Below are positions 1-12,000 of a stretch of 64,000 bases of DNA, one piece after another. Source of the DNA: Ascidiella aspersa (Eukaryota); contig OZ004607.1 of assembly GCA_963924565.1 (NCBI GenBank), positions 2,976,001-3,040,000 on the forward strand, written 5' to 3'. Both the position numbers and the translations under genes were made by a program. The notes under the pieces are model-generated. The model saw only the letters and a list, made by a program, of their open reading frames with translations. It did not search any database and was not told the DNA's origin. Positions within the stretch are counted from its first letter, which is position 1. Every line of letters starts with the position of its first letter.

Positions 1-78
1 TATGCCTCAGCAAAGAACATTTGGCTTACATCCCTGCTACATTTCAGGCGATAAATATTACGGGTAGATCTACGCTTC

Positions 79-3000
79 CTACTTTCTCGCTACCACTTTG
101 TGCTTATTTTCCTCACCATCTACCCCTGCTTGCGATCTTCTGTTATCTATTGTCCCTCTTCCACTAGTGAGGCTACTCACGCGGCGAGAAAGCGACTGGC
201 GACTTTCCGTTTGAGGGCGCACTGGGGCTCCCATTTCTTCAAATGCCTGAAACACAAAATATCGAATAAAAAAAAACAAAAAAACAAACATAAAATATCG
301 AAAAACTCTTTTGAAAGCTAAGTCTAGGGATGTCCGTTAATGTCGGTTCGGAGTCGATCTCCGAAGCGAGTTGTTAGGTTCCGTATTTGTCCGCTACCTG
401 GTTTAGGTATGAATTTCAGGAATGCTATCCAACGCTGCGTTTTTTTATCTTTGAATGTAAATTTGTTGAAAATAGTGGGCTGACCAGCAACCCTAAAGCA
501 AATTTTTCAACATAAAAAATTAGCATTGACAGTTTTAATTACACAACTTTGCTTTTTTAAACATAGTAAGCTTTTTGTTTTTTTCGAGTATCGTTTACGG
601 AACAAAAGTATAGAAATCCTTACTTAAGACCACCATTTGCTTATACGAAACCAAGGTTACATTTAGTACACAAAATACACGACATGCAAATATGACGAGC
701 TAATTTTATGACTCACGCTGCTTCGCTTCCCCACCGGCTGCTTCTCCAGCGTGTCTCTACTCCCCACTTTTTCGGCAGTGAAGGATGTCAGCGCCATAGA
801 ATCCCGACGTGCCTGGTCGGTCAGCATCAGCTGGGAAGCGGCACTACCTCCCTGGGCGGTCCCTATATTAAGAAGATTATTAAGTTGTTTTTGAGAAATC
901 TTTTTAATTTCTCCAACAGTCGTGAAAAATTATAACATGTTTGTGCAACTTGGTAAGTTCGATAATACCGGATCGGAGCCGATACTCCATGCGAACAGTA
1001 TCGATACTCGTCCGATACAAGGACGGTATCGTTGCCGATCCTATACCGAATTCAAACAAAAAATTCAGCCATCATTTGCGACCCAACAGATCGATTTAAT
1101 CTTGAACTGTAAAAGAATAGTATGATAACAAATGTAGCATAGTAATGACGTCACTTGGTACCGGATAGGATCGCAATACTTTTTGTCCAAAATATCAGGT
1201 CGCGGAATAATATGTCAAGTATTGGACATCGAAATGTTTAACTAATACAGATGACAAGCAGTTAGGGGTTGCCAGCGGGTCGTTGTAGATTTGAAATTTC
1301 AAAGAGCCATAGCCAAAAATAAATACAACATGAATATAAAAGCTGGATAAAATTAGACGAACAGCCGCATGGCGTTTGTGCGCCGCTGTATGGCCACGCC
1401 AGACATAGTTTTTATTAAAGACATTTTCAACTTTTAAAAATAATTTTAAAGATTTAACGAGTTTTTAGCAACACTCAAGAATAAAACATATTCGACGTGG
1501 CTCTTCTCTAGTACGTTTTTTAGGATTAGAAGTTAGATTTAAAGAATCAATTTTTTTTTCGTTGCACCTTCGGCTCTCCGATTTCTTACAAATGTGATGC
1601 CATATGTACAGATATTTTGAGCTTTAATTGTGAAACGTAGTAATCGTTTAACTTTATAGAAACATACGTTCCACGTACATGCGTGTATACAACAACTGTT
1701 ATCTATCCCTACAAAGTCACCTTTCCATAGAACACCAGGAACTACACACTCTAACAATTGGGGATATTGAGTCCTAACATGACCAGGCTAAAAACTTACC
1801 TACGATGAGGTTCGAACTCATAACCTCGGTTATCGTGGGGACCGCTTTAACCTTTACCGACATTTGTGTCAAACAGGGGACAGAGAGGATTTTTTACCAC
1901 ATGAATTAATAGTTTTGCATAGATCAAACATGTAATTTCTTCACAATGGCTTTCGATATGTGTTTGAAACGTACATTTGCACAATGTGTATTCTGTTATC
2001 AAGCTCTTCTGGACTCGTACTGGCCAACAACGACGGCGCACAAATATATTACACAAGGTGCTTTGAAATGGGTCAGCCTGATCAGGATTATAGTGCAAAC
2101 AAGGCCAAAAAACTAAACGTGCCATAAGGTTCGAACTCACGACCTCGGTCATGCTACACAGGCTCAGACCGAGCCGAGAAACAACTACTGTGTTTTAAGC
2201 TTTCAATATCTTTACAGTTTAAACTTAAGTATCCCCTTGCCCAATGCGGCTTCAGCAAGTGCCCCAGGTTTGGTGCTGGGTTTGCCAGTTCGGTTCTTCA
2301 CGGTGGGGTTGAGTACTTCTGTGGCGTGGGGCTTGCTGCTGGGGGGGCTAGGGGGTCTGGCCGGCCCCACCTCCCCACTGTTTTTCTCTTGGATGAAAGC
2401 GATGCTCGGAGTTCGCTGAAGACAGACATCCGATCTCCTGGAAGAAGATGGACGTAACTAACCAGGGATACGGAGTCTTGTAAAAATAACCCGAGTCCGA
2501 CTTAGAACAAAATTAAAGTCGGGTCTCCCAAGTCCCGTCGAGGCCCGAGTCCAACTTTGACTTTACAGACTTTATTTCACCCATTTAGGTAACTAAAAAG
2601 CTGGATATACAGTAATCTACTCATAGGGCGTCATATAGTTCGTCTAATCATAAAACATGGGAGGAAAATATTCCACTATTCGCTATTACACTTAAAATTA
2701 CGGTTTGCGGCCTTACAAGTTTTAAAATCTGGCACTGCGCATACACACGTCGGACTCGAGACTCGGGTAGTTTTACTCGAGTCCCAAGTCCCGAGTTTCA
2801 CTCCAGCAAAAGTTACCTGGTATTTACTTAATGACGTCATTTGGTACTTAATGGTATTTACTTAATGACGTCATTTGGTACTTAATGGTATTTACTCAAT
2901 GACGTCATTTGGTACTTAATGGTATTTACTCAATGACGTCATTTGGTACTTAATGGTATTTACTAAATGACGTCATTTGGTACTTAATGGTATTTACTAA

Positions 3001-6000
3001 ATGACGTAATTTGGTACTTAACGGTATTTACTAAATGACGTCATTACTAGGCCCAACTAAGCAAAATTAGTTCAATTAAAAAGCGCATTTTGCGCCGCGA
3101 CCCATGGTTGACAAACGCTGTCTTAACATAGTAAGGATATCAAATCCCATACAGAAGTATCAGATAATTAAAATAAATAAAGAAATTTTCGATAGGTTCA
3201 AAACCTACATTTATACGGGCTTTGATATTTCTACAACTGACTGGACCTGTTGTAAATTCTCTCTTGCGATTTGAGGTTTCGTGAGCTGGTTTTCGGGAGA
3301 TTGCCGAAGCTGGTTTTCTTCTTCTGCTTGGTTGGGCTCGCCGACGTACGCCTTCGCCTGCTCTCATCCAGTTCCCCAGTGGATCTGCTGTCGCGCTTAT
3401 CGGATAAACCGAGAGCGGTTCGACTTCTAACTGGAGACTGGAAATAAAACATCAGAGTAGAAGTGTTGGATAATATCAGATGGGAGCAGAAACCCGATGC
3501 CGAATGTTAGTATCAGTACTGGGTGGGATCGGTGCCGATCCGCTACTATTGTTTAGCAAGTTCAGGAAAAGTAGATGTTTTAGTGTTTCAAGAAACGAGG
3601 TTTGATTTTGCAATAAAGGTTGGATGTTATTGTTTGTTGCAAAACACGAAACAGCAATTTTGTCAAGGCCTTAATTGTTGTATAGAAATGATTTTCAAGT
3701 TATCTTGAATTATATGTACAATAGGAAACTGAAATGGAGTCTTAATACATTTAAGGAGAATGTGACAAAGCCTTGTTTTCTAATAAACTATGTTCTTTCA
3801 AAATAAACTTTCATTTGTTAAGGAATAACCTAATATTTCAATCACGCCTTTATGGAGCCCAAAATATCAGTTCACGAACCCCAAAGGGGTCAAACACCCA
3901 GTTTAAGAACCCCTGAAATAAAAGTACCTACGACAAAAATCAGGTAACAAGAATATCAAAGCTCATACAGAAGTTGGTATAATTTTTGACGTTTCCAATA
4001 AATCTTAAAATAATGGTTAAAGGTTGCAGTTGACGTAGAATGAATATGAAAGCCCATACAGAAGTTGGTATAATTTTTGACGTTTCCAATAAATCTTTAT
4101 TCATTTTCAACAGCTGGAAACATCTGTTGATGTTGAAAATGAATAAAGAGTTATTCGAAATGTTCAAAATGCTTCCTACTTTTGTATGGGTTTTGTTATT
4201 TATGCTACGTCTAACTAGAACCTCCAGCAATTGTCAAGATTTATCCGAAATGTTCAAAATGATCCCTACTTCTGTGTAGTCTTTGATGTTCTTAATGCGT
4301 TCCACACTTAAATCGAACATTCTTTCAAGAAAACGCTGTTTACAAAAAACAACACTTAAGCGTAACTCACAGTCGCCTTTGTCACTGACTTCGTGGCCGC
4401 CACGTCATCGCGTTCCGCTTGAGCAGGTGTGACGTTATCAGCTTGCTGCTGATCGTTAGAGTCGCTTGCATCGGAACAGTCGGGCGAGTGGGCGTCGTTT
4501 GTGGCGACTTGTTTGTCGAAGGCTTTAGTAAGAGGTCGTTTGGAGGCGATGGGCGGTCCGCCTTGAATTAAAAGTCGCAATGTTATTATTGCCTGTTTTA
4601 TTTTAGGGAGGGATGTTCAACCTTTTTTGCAAAGGGCCGCATTGCAACTTCAAATATTTGAATGGGCCGCACAACCTATTAAGTTATATTTCACGAAAAA
4701 TGGCTAGTAGTCTAAAGGGGCCTTCATAGTTACATATATATATACCAGTACTATAATATTAGTGCCCCCTAAAATCTGACTGGTACACTTTTAATTAGGC
4801 TAAGATTCAAAGGTTCAAAATACTACTTAGAGTGAAAATGACTAGCGGGCCGCACAAAAATTTCAGGGGGTCGCAGGTTGGACATCCCTGTTTTAGGGCT
4901 TTCGGTAGATTTGAGCAACTTCCCACTATGTTTTCAATTTCCTGGATAAGAAATCTATAAAAGTTTAAAATTCGATCGTTCGCCAAAGTCTTACGTTAAA
5001 TCAAAGCACGCCGTCTAAAGATCCTTTCTGGGTTACGCATTTAGGTGGTCCTAAAATATCCAGCCGCCATGTTAGCTTTAAATCACCGCTTAGTTACACA
5101 TTGCCATGATTATAATGGCCGATATATAGGCCTCAAAACCAGGGCTGCGGAAGCAATGTAACATTTGGAAATGTAATTCGGCAAAGTAGTGCTGGGTTGG
5201 GATGTTCGACAATACCAGATCAGAGTCGATACCCGATGCCAAGTGCTAGTATCGGTACTTGTCCGATATTAGGGTGGTATCGGTGCCGGTCCGATACCAA
5301 ATTGATATAATATATTCCAGTGTTCTTTGAAGTGAGGTTTGTCCGATAATATCGTATCGGAGTCGATACCCGATGCCAACTGTTAGTATCGGTACTTGTC
5401 CGTAGCCCAAAAATGTCGGTAAAATTTAGTTTGGATTTCCGAATAACGCATGTTATCGCAGTTTTTGGGCAATAAATAAATGGCACAATAACCACAGATG
5501 CCAAAATGCGTCTATAACCTCCAGAATCCTATCGATTCCATGTTGTGGAACCCCCCGGAACAATCGGTAGCGATCCGACCCCAAATTAACGTAAGGATTT
5601 TAGTCGTGATTTGCTATACAACGTGGTTATTTCTACATTAAAAAATATATTTATATAATAACAGCTGTAGATTAACAACTGGAGGTAATTAAGCTTTATC
5701 ACCCTGAAACAAATTTAGACCCTAACCTGAAAAAATGCCCTACAACATTTTATTTTCTGTTTTTTTCTATTAATGCATAGTAATAACGTCATTTAGTGTC
5801 GGACCAGATGGCCAAAATATCGGGTAAAGCCATAAAATTAAAAAAAAATTATTGTCGTACATCCTACCTGGCACGAAGCTTCCATCCTCGTCGTACTTTC
5901 CGTAAGGATAAAACTCTCCGTCGGGTCCCAGCTCTCCTCCGACGTACACGCTGTAGTCATCCGCTTCCGGGTCCCCAGGCTCTTCCTCCACGTGGACAGT

Positions 6001-9000
6001 GATGAGGCGCGGATCGGACACCACCTCCCCTCCGCGCACGCACCTCCAGCAGGATGAAGTGGACATCTCGGATGCGAGCGGGATTCGAGGAGTGTGCTGG
6101 AGCTGTAGGACCACTTTCTCGCTGGCTTGGCTCGCAGGACGCGCTTGCTGGAGTCTGTTCCCGTTTTCGTCTTGCTCTGAGAAGGGCACAAACAAGGACT
6201 GGCTGTCACAGGATCCGGGCACCAAGTACCCATCCCTGTTAACGCACCCAGCTGCAATAAACCTCCCTTTCGAGTCGTAAGTGCCCGGGAAGAAGCTCTC
6301 CTGCTGTTCATCGCGGAACCAGACGCCGCTGGCCAGCAGGTCACCTAGGGGGGCGTCCGGGCCGTCCTGGAACACGAAGCGAAAGTTGGAGGCCAGGTCG
6401 TCGGCGGCCAACGCGCGACTCGTCTGTGACGTCATAGTCTGTCCGAGGGTGGGAAATCGCACGTCGCTGAACACGTGCGGGTCCTGCTGGCCACGGTGCG
6501 CGTGGTAGCATCCGTCGTCGTCGAAACGCCCGCGCGCCGAGAAGGCCAGGTCGGCCAGAGTGACGTCACTAGTTTGTGACGTCTGGTGCGCGAAGAATCC
6601 CGGGTAGAAGGCGCCGTCGTTGCTGCGCAGACCCAAGCAGCGAAGTGAAGTGGTGGAGTGCGGAAGGGTCATGAACTTTTCGCGCATTGTCCGCGCCACC
6701 TGCAGCGCCACCTTGCGGTTGACCTCGTCACGTGACTTGCGATTTCCTTCCGCCTCTTTCTTTCCTTGATGTTGTTGTGAGAGCTCGGTGAGCGAACTGG
6801 GGCCTGTGGAAAGTGTGGGGCTTTTTTAGGCCTAGGGTTCTCAAACTGGGGTCGGGCTCTCAAGTCCCTCCAATACTGGGACTTGCAATGGTTACCCCTC
6901 ACCATAAAATCGAAATTTAAAATTGCACAAATTTGACGAGCTAGATAAATATTAGAGGACTGCGCTTCTTAAACTGGGACGGGGTGAGACTTTTGGTCCA
7001 TCTGGAACATTTCAGGGGTTCGCGCAAACTTTTAAATCCATTGGCTTTTTAATGGTCTATATATGAGCTCGTCCGTGTTGTAATAGTTCAACAGTTTATT
7101 TGCAGTGTTTATTAGTATGGAAACAGCGACTTGAATGTTATGTAGAGTAATTAATTATTGTACCATGTTTTTTTTTTCAAATATGCCGCTTTAAAAATGG
7201 TTGAGCCCCTTCATTATTTTAGGAAAGAAAAAGTGGTTTTGCAATGTAAAAAAGTTTGGGTCACGTGAGCGAGTTACTGTGCCTAAACTAGAATAATTGA
7301 CGTAAATAGATTATTTCCAAATTGCTCTTAATTTCCTATGTTAACAAATAGCAAGTTAAGTTAATGACCGAAAAGTTAAACGCCAAGATTGAATAAATAC
7401 AGGCAATCCAAACAATAGTCTGTATCGAAAAACTATATTTCGTACAAGAAACAACGGTTTTAAGTACATATTAAATGAATTGGTCAAAAATACCAAAAAA
7501 ACACTATACGAAAACACCTAAAATCAAAATATTACAAGACATAAAAAACGTTTTTTACATTTACTTAAAGCAGTTTGACTGAATTGTAATTTGACAAATG
7601 AAACACTGCTCGGCTCGAATCAAATTTGAAACTAGGGGCTTACCCAGGGTGACTCTTGTGCTTTTCGGGTGGCGTCCCCTCTCGAACGCCTTCACGATCT
7701 TTTGCCGCTCCTCGTCGCTGGAGGCGCTGTTGAGCAGGGGCAGAATGCTGGCGAGGTCGTCGTTGGACACGAACTTACGAGCCTCGGAAGATTGCAGCGC
7801 GGCCAACAGCTTTGCCGCTTCGCTGATGTTAAGCTCGAAAACTGGCCCGCGGGTCACGCGCGACACCTGGCGATAAATATAAATTCGTCGGGCTGCCGCT
7901 AGTCGGTTTCGTGTTGCAATTTATTTACCAGCGTTTTGGATAAAACATTTTAAAATCCAGACATTGGGGCATGACTAGAAAGTCTGGTTTACTGGTTGTT
8001 GATTTTTACCGTATATAGAAATCCGTCATGTTGCGCTAGTGGGTTTTTGCGTTTCGATGCATTCGCGAGCGTTTTGGATGGAAGTTTCCAGACATTTGGG
8101 CATAACTAGAAAAGTCTGGTTTACTGTTGTTAGATTTTTTACATTGGGGCGCTAAACGTAAACTTGCATATTTTGCGGCAATCTACGTGTTTGTTAGATC
8201 TAAAGTGGTCTTCTTTTATATGCTCTTCCTTAAGGTTATTTCTATATACAACGGTTGGGCAGTTTTGGACTAGTAACGCAAACTACAAAATTCCTCGATG
8301 CCAATTCTAAAAAGTTTACAAATTTATTACAAAGTTCTGCCATTGGCACAGCTCCATAATACTTCTGCTATCTTTCTATAGATCTATTCCACAGTTAGTA
8401 TATGCCTTTACCTCGATTTGAGTTCATCAATTCAGACGGAGATACAAAGTTTGCAATATTCTAATCATTTATTGCAATAGTTGTTGACCCTTAAAACATT
8501 TTTGTCCTAACAACCGGGAAAAAATAACTTTTAACCTTCCAATTTCGTTATAACCCTTCAAAGAATAACTTTTAACCTTCCAATTTCGTTTTAACCCTTC
8601 AAAGAATAACTTTTAACCTTCCAATTTCGTTTCAACCCTTCAAAGAATAAATTTTAACCTTCCAATTTATTTTTCTTTTTTTCACTTTTCCATTCACGAT
8701 ACTTTTGTCCAATATATCGGTTATCGGTATCGGAATAAGCATCAAATATCGAACATCTCTACTTGTAACTCTGTAGAATACTGTTGGGTTTTTGGGTTAC
8801 CCCGGTAAAAAACCCTGAGATGGTTTGTGTGATGATGTTTCCTTACCTCGTCACAGCTTTCAGGCAGTAGTCCTGTCTGTTGCCAGTGAGCCAAGCACTT
8901 CGGGCAGTGGAATATTCCTCTCGCACCAGGGGTCGTACCGCTTCTATAGTCCGCATGCACGTTCAATGTGATCTGACAACGTTATAAAAAAGTAAAATAA

Positions 9001-12000
9001 ACCCTACTTTAGTCCAGTGCTCTTCAATCCTGTATATACCGAAGTGTATGCTGGATTAAAGCTAGGGAATACAACTAACAAAGGGTATAAGAAAGGTATA
9101 CAGATTAGGTCAGTAAATAACACAAATGTGACAAAACACTTTTTTCCTTGAAATATGTTGTATTTTTAAGATTTCATCAGATCATGCCCACCAAATAAGT
9201 CAATGCAAAAAGTTTTGCGCTACTCGCGAATCTTATAGGTCTGTTTATGTTGACACGAATTAAGGGTTTAGGCTTAAGACGATGTGCGTTTCATGGAATG
9301 CTGCAATATTATTTTCGCTTTGCGAGCGTCTGGCTGCTGTATCGTAATTAAAACGCATGTCTTATAATTTGAATGTTTAAGCAGATAATAGCATTACAAG
9401 ACTTTTTCAAACTAAACTTATAGTTGGAACCATACAGCTGTTTAACGGCGTACAACTTGTTTGCCATTTGATCAATATGTCTCGTCTACTTCAAATATAA
9501 AAATGGCAATTAAACCTACATTTTTTTTTGTTTTTAAACCAACATTTTTTTTATTTTTTTATAAGGGACGCTCTTTTTCTTTGGTGCGCAAGAGTGTTGA
9601 GCGAAAGCATGAAGGCGCTCGCGTTGTGGCGTAAATTTGTGACGTCTTACCTTAATTGATTTCGTGCCTTTGTGAATTTCTATTTGAGGGTTGTACGGAG
9701 TTTTTAATAAGTTTGAGTTTTTACAGGTTAAATAGAGCGCAGTCAAACGGCAAAGAGCATTGCTTCAGTCGAACAGAGTTGTAATCAGAACTGTACCTTG
9801 TCCCTTGTGAATTCACGCCTAAACCTCTAGCCCTCTAGCCCGATATTTCTGGGTCCTATTCGACTTGCAACTCTATAATAATTGCAAATAATACCGTGTA
9901 ACGTAATGCCGACAATATTAGCCTCATAAGGTACAAACTTTTCAATATAACATAAAACGGCTGCCGTTCTTTGTAAGCTAATTAGTTATTTGTAGTAAGT
10001 CCCAACTGAATATAAAGTATATTTTGTGAATAAATCAGTCTTTAAAAATCGATGTTATTTAGCTTGAAAATGAATGTCAAAGTCAAATAGGTCGAGTAAA
10101 TCGACTTTATATTTAAATGACACTTCGATATGCACTTGTAACATCATCCGTTAATGTAACTTGATGTGTAGCTACTTACATTTTGAAATTTGAGTTTAAT
10201 TGAAGTTCGAAAATTTAGGTTGGTCTACCGTACATTTCTTTCTTTAACTTTTTTAGTTCCAAAACGTAAAACATATTATTGTGCGTCGCTTTTTCAGAAA
10301 GTTAACACATTTGTAAGTTTTACAAGCGTTGGTTAAGTTTAGAGCAGTGCTTTTCAGCCCGTGGGATGGTACTCACTTGTGCGGATGACAAAAATTGTAA
10401 TGCGGATGACGAACGTCGTGCGGATGAATGTGCGGATGAACATGGTCCATATTATTATTTTTATTATGTGTATTATAGTAATCAAATAGGCTGATGCGCC
10501 CACCTATGCGTTACAGGTGCATTAATAGTCTCTCAGTGGTCCAGATTGATCTGTCTATTTTATATCGGTCAAGGCTGAGGCACACGGTTTTAATACACAA
10601 ACCCTTTCTTTGTTATTTCACAAATAAAACTAAAGGTTGCCAACTTACTGTGCTTGTTTTGTGCGGATGGGTATTTTCCGAAATAAAAAAGTGCGGATGG
10701 CAATTTTAAATGTTGAAAAGCACTGGTTTAGAGGGTGCAAAAACAAAAAATCTGGCCATTTGGTTGGTGCTCGTTGTAACTTACCTCTATTGGAACTCCG
10801 AGCGCATGGATGTGAAGTATATCTTCTATTTGTTCTTGCAGCAATGGGCCGAGTACGAACGGCTCAGGGGTTGATATCGGCTTGAACTTAAACGCGCTTC
10901 CTTCATCTCTGTAAGGTCAAAACTTTAAAACACACAGCTAACTGTTCTCTAAACTATTTTTCAAACGCCAAATAAGCAAAAGTAATACATTTTGCTCGAA
11001 CGACGTGATCTTGCATATTACACATAAATTGGTAGACATGCTGAATATGGCACACGGGTGTTCAACACAATGCAGCATAACAACACCAATAAACTAGATG
11101 GGAGTCGATAGCTCCAGAAAGCTTAAACGATGACGTCACAATACTTTAGGCTTTTTGTCCCCTAATCGAAGGCCCCAGGGGTGCAGACTGGTAAACCTCT
11201 TATGCCCACCTACATAGCATTCTACGTCTTGTCTGAAAATTTGAGAATCCTACGATCTATACTTATTCTATAAAGCTTCGGAAAAAATCGGTCGGAAACA
11301 TTTAAAGGCAAAAACATGATATGTCCCGAAAACAAATTTTCGGCCCATATAATTAATTAATGAAGACAATTGCTCCTAACCATTCTATAACAGATAATCG
11401 GGAAATGTATAGTCACCGCTTAATAAAAAAGGATAATTGTCAGAATGCATTTTTTTCAACTTGATATGTTTCATACCAGCTTCTAGAAACGTACAGCTGG
11501 ACCAGTATTTACCTGGCGTTGGTCTTTAATGCAGGAAGTGCCAAATCCTGTCCGAGCACTGAAAAATGCTGCTGTTCGCCGTCAAAGCGCTGAAATATTG
11601 GCGGCAGTTTGTTCTGAAAAAATATATACATTTTACTCGAAAAAAATAAACGTTTTTAGTGGCCAGGAGGTAACCGAAAACCTACTTTTTGATCATGGGC
11701 TCATAGCAATTACTTTTTTATGTGTAGAATTCAGTTAATAGTATTTTTAACTCTCGGAAAACACTGATCTAAACTACTTTTTTTTGAGCAATTTAAGCCC
11801 AAAATAAGTATCTATAAATGGTGTCCATATAGCAGAGTTTGACTTACTTGGCTTAAGTGCCCTTGAGTCACAGTTGAAATAACTTAACTTGGCGTAAGTC
11901 TTTTGGACAAATGACTGGACATACACTTAAATCATTGCGTCATATAACTAGGGTTAAAATTAGGTGTTTTTGTCAAACATTTTAAATAAAATTGGGCTTT

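Noticed and set aside
2818-3046. CRISPR-like appearance of regularly spaced palindromic repeats
   Set aside because: No unique spacers (pure tandem repeat), eukaryotic intron context and no cas genes.
3940-4279. Overlapping 96-aa and 79-aa ORFs
   Set aside because: They lie in the palindromic foldback repeat and have no coding signature.
9640-9830. Possible extra micro-exons of the left gene (donor-like GTAAGA and GTACAG)
   Set aside because: The flanking exons already join in phase 0, and these candidates have poor acceptors or break the frame.
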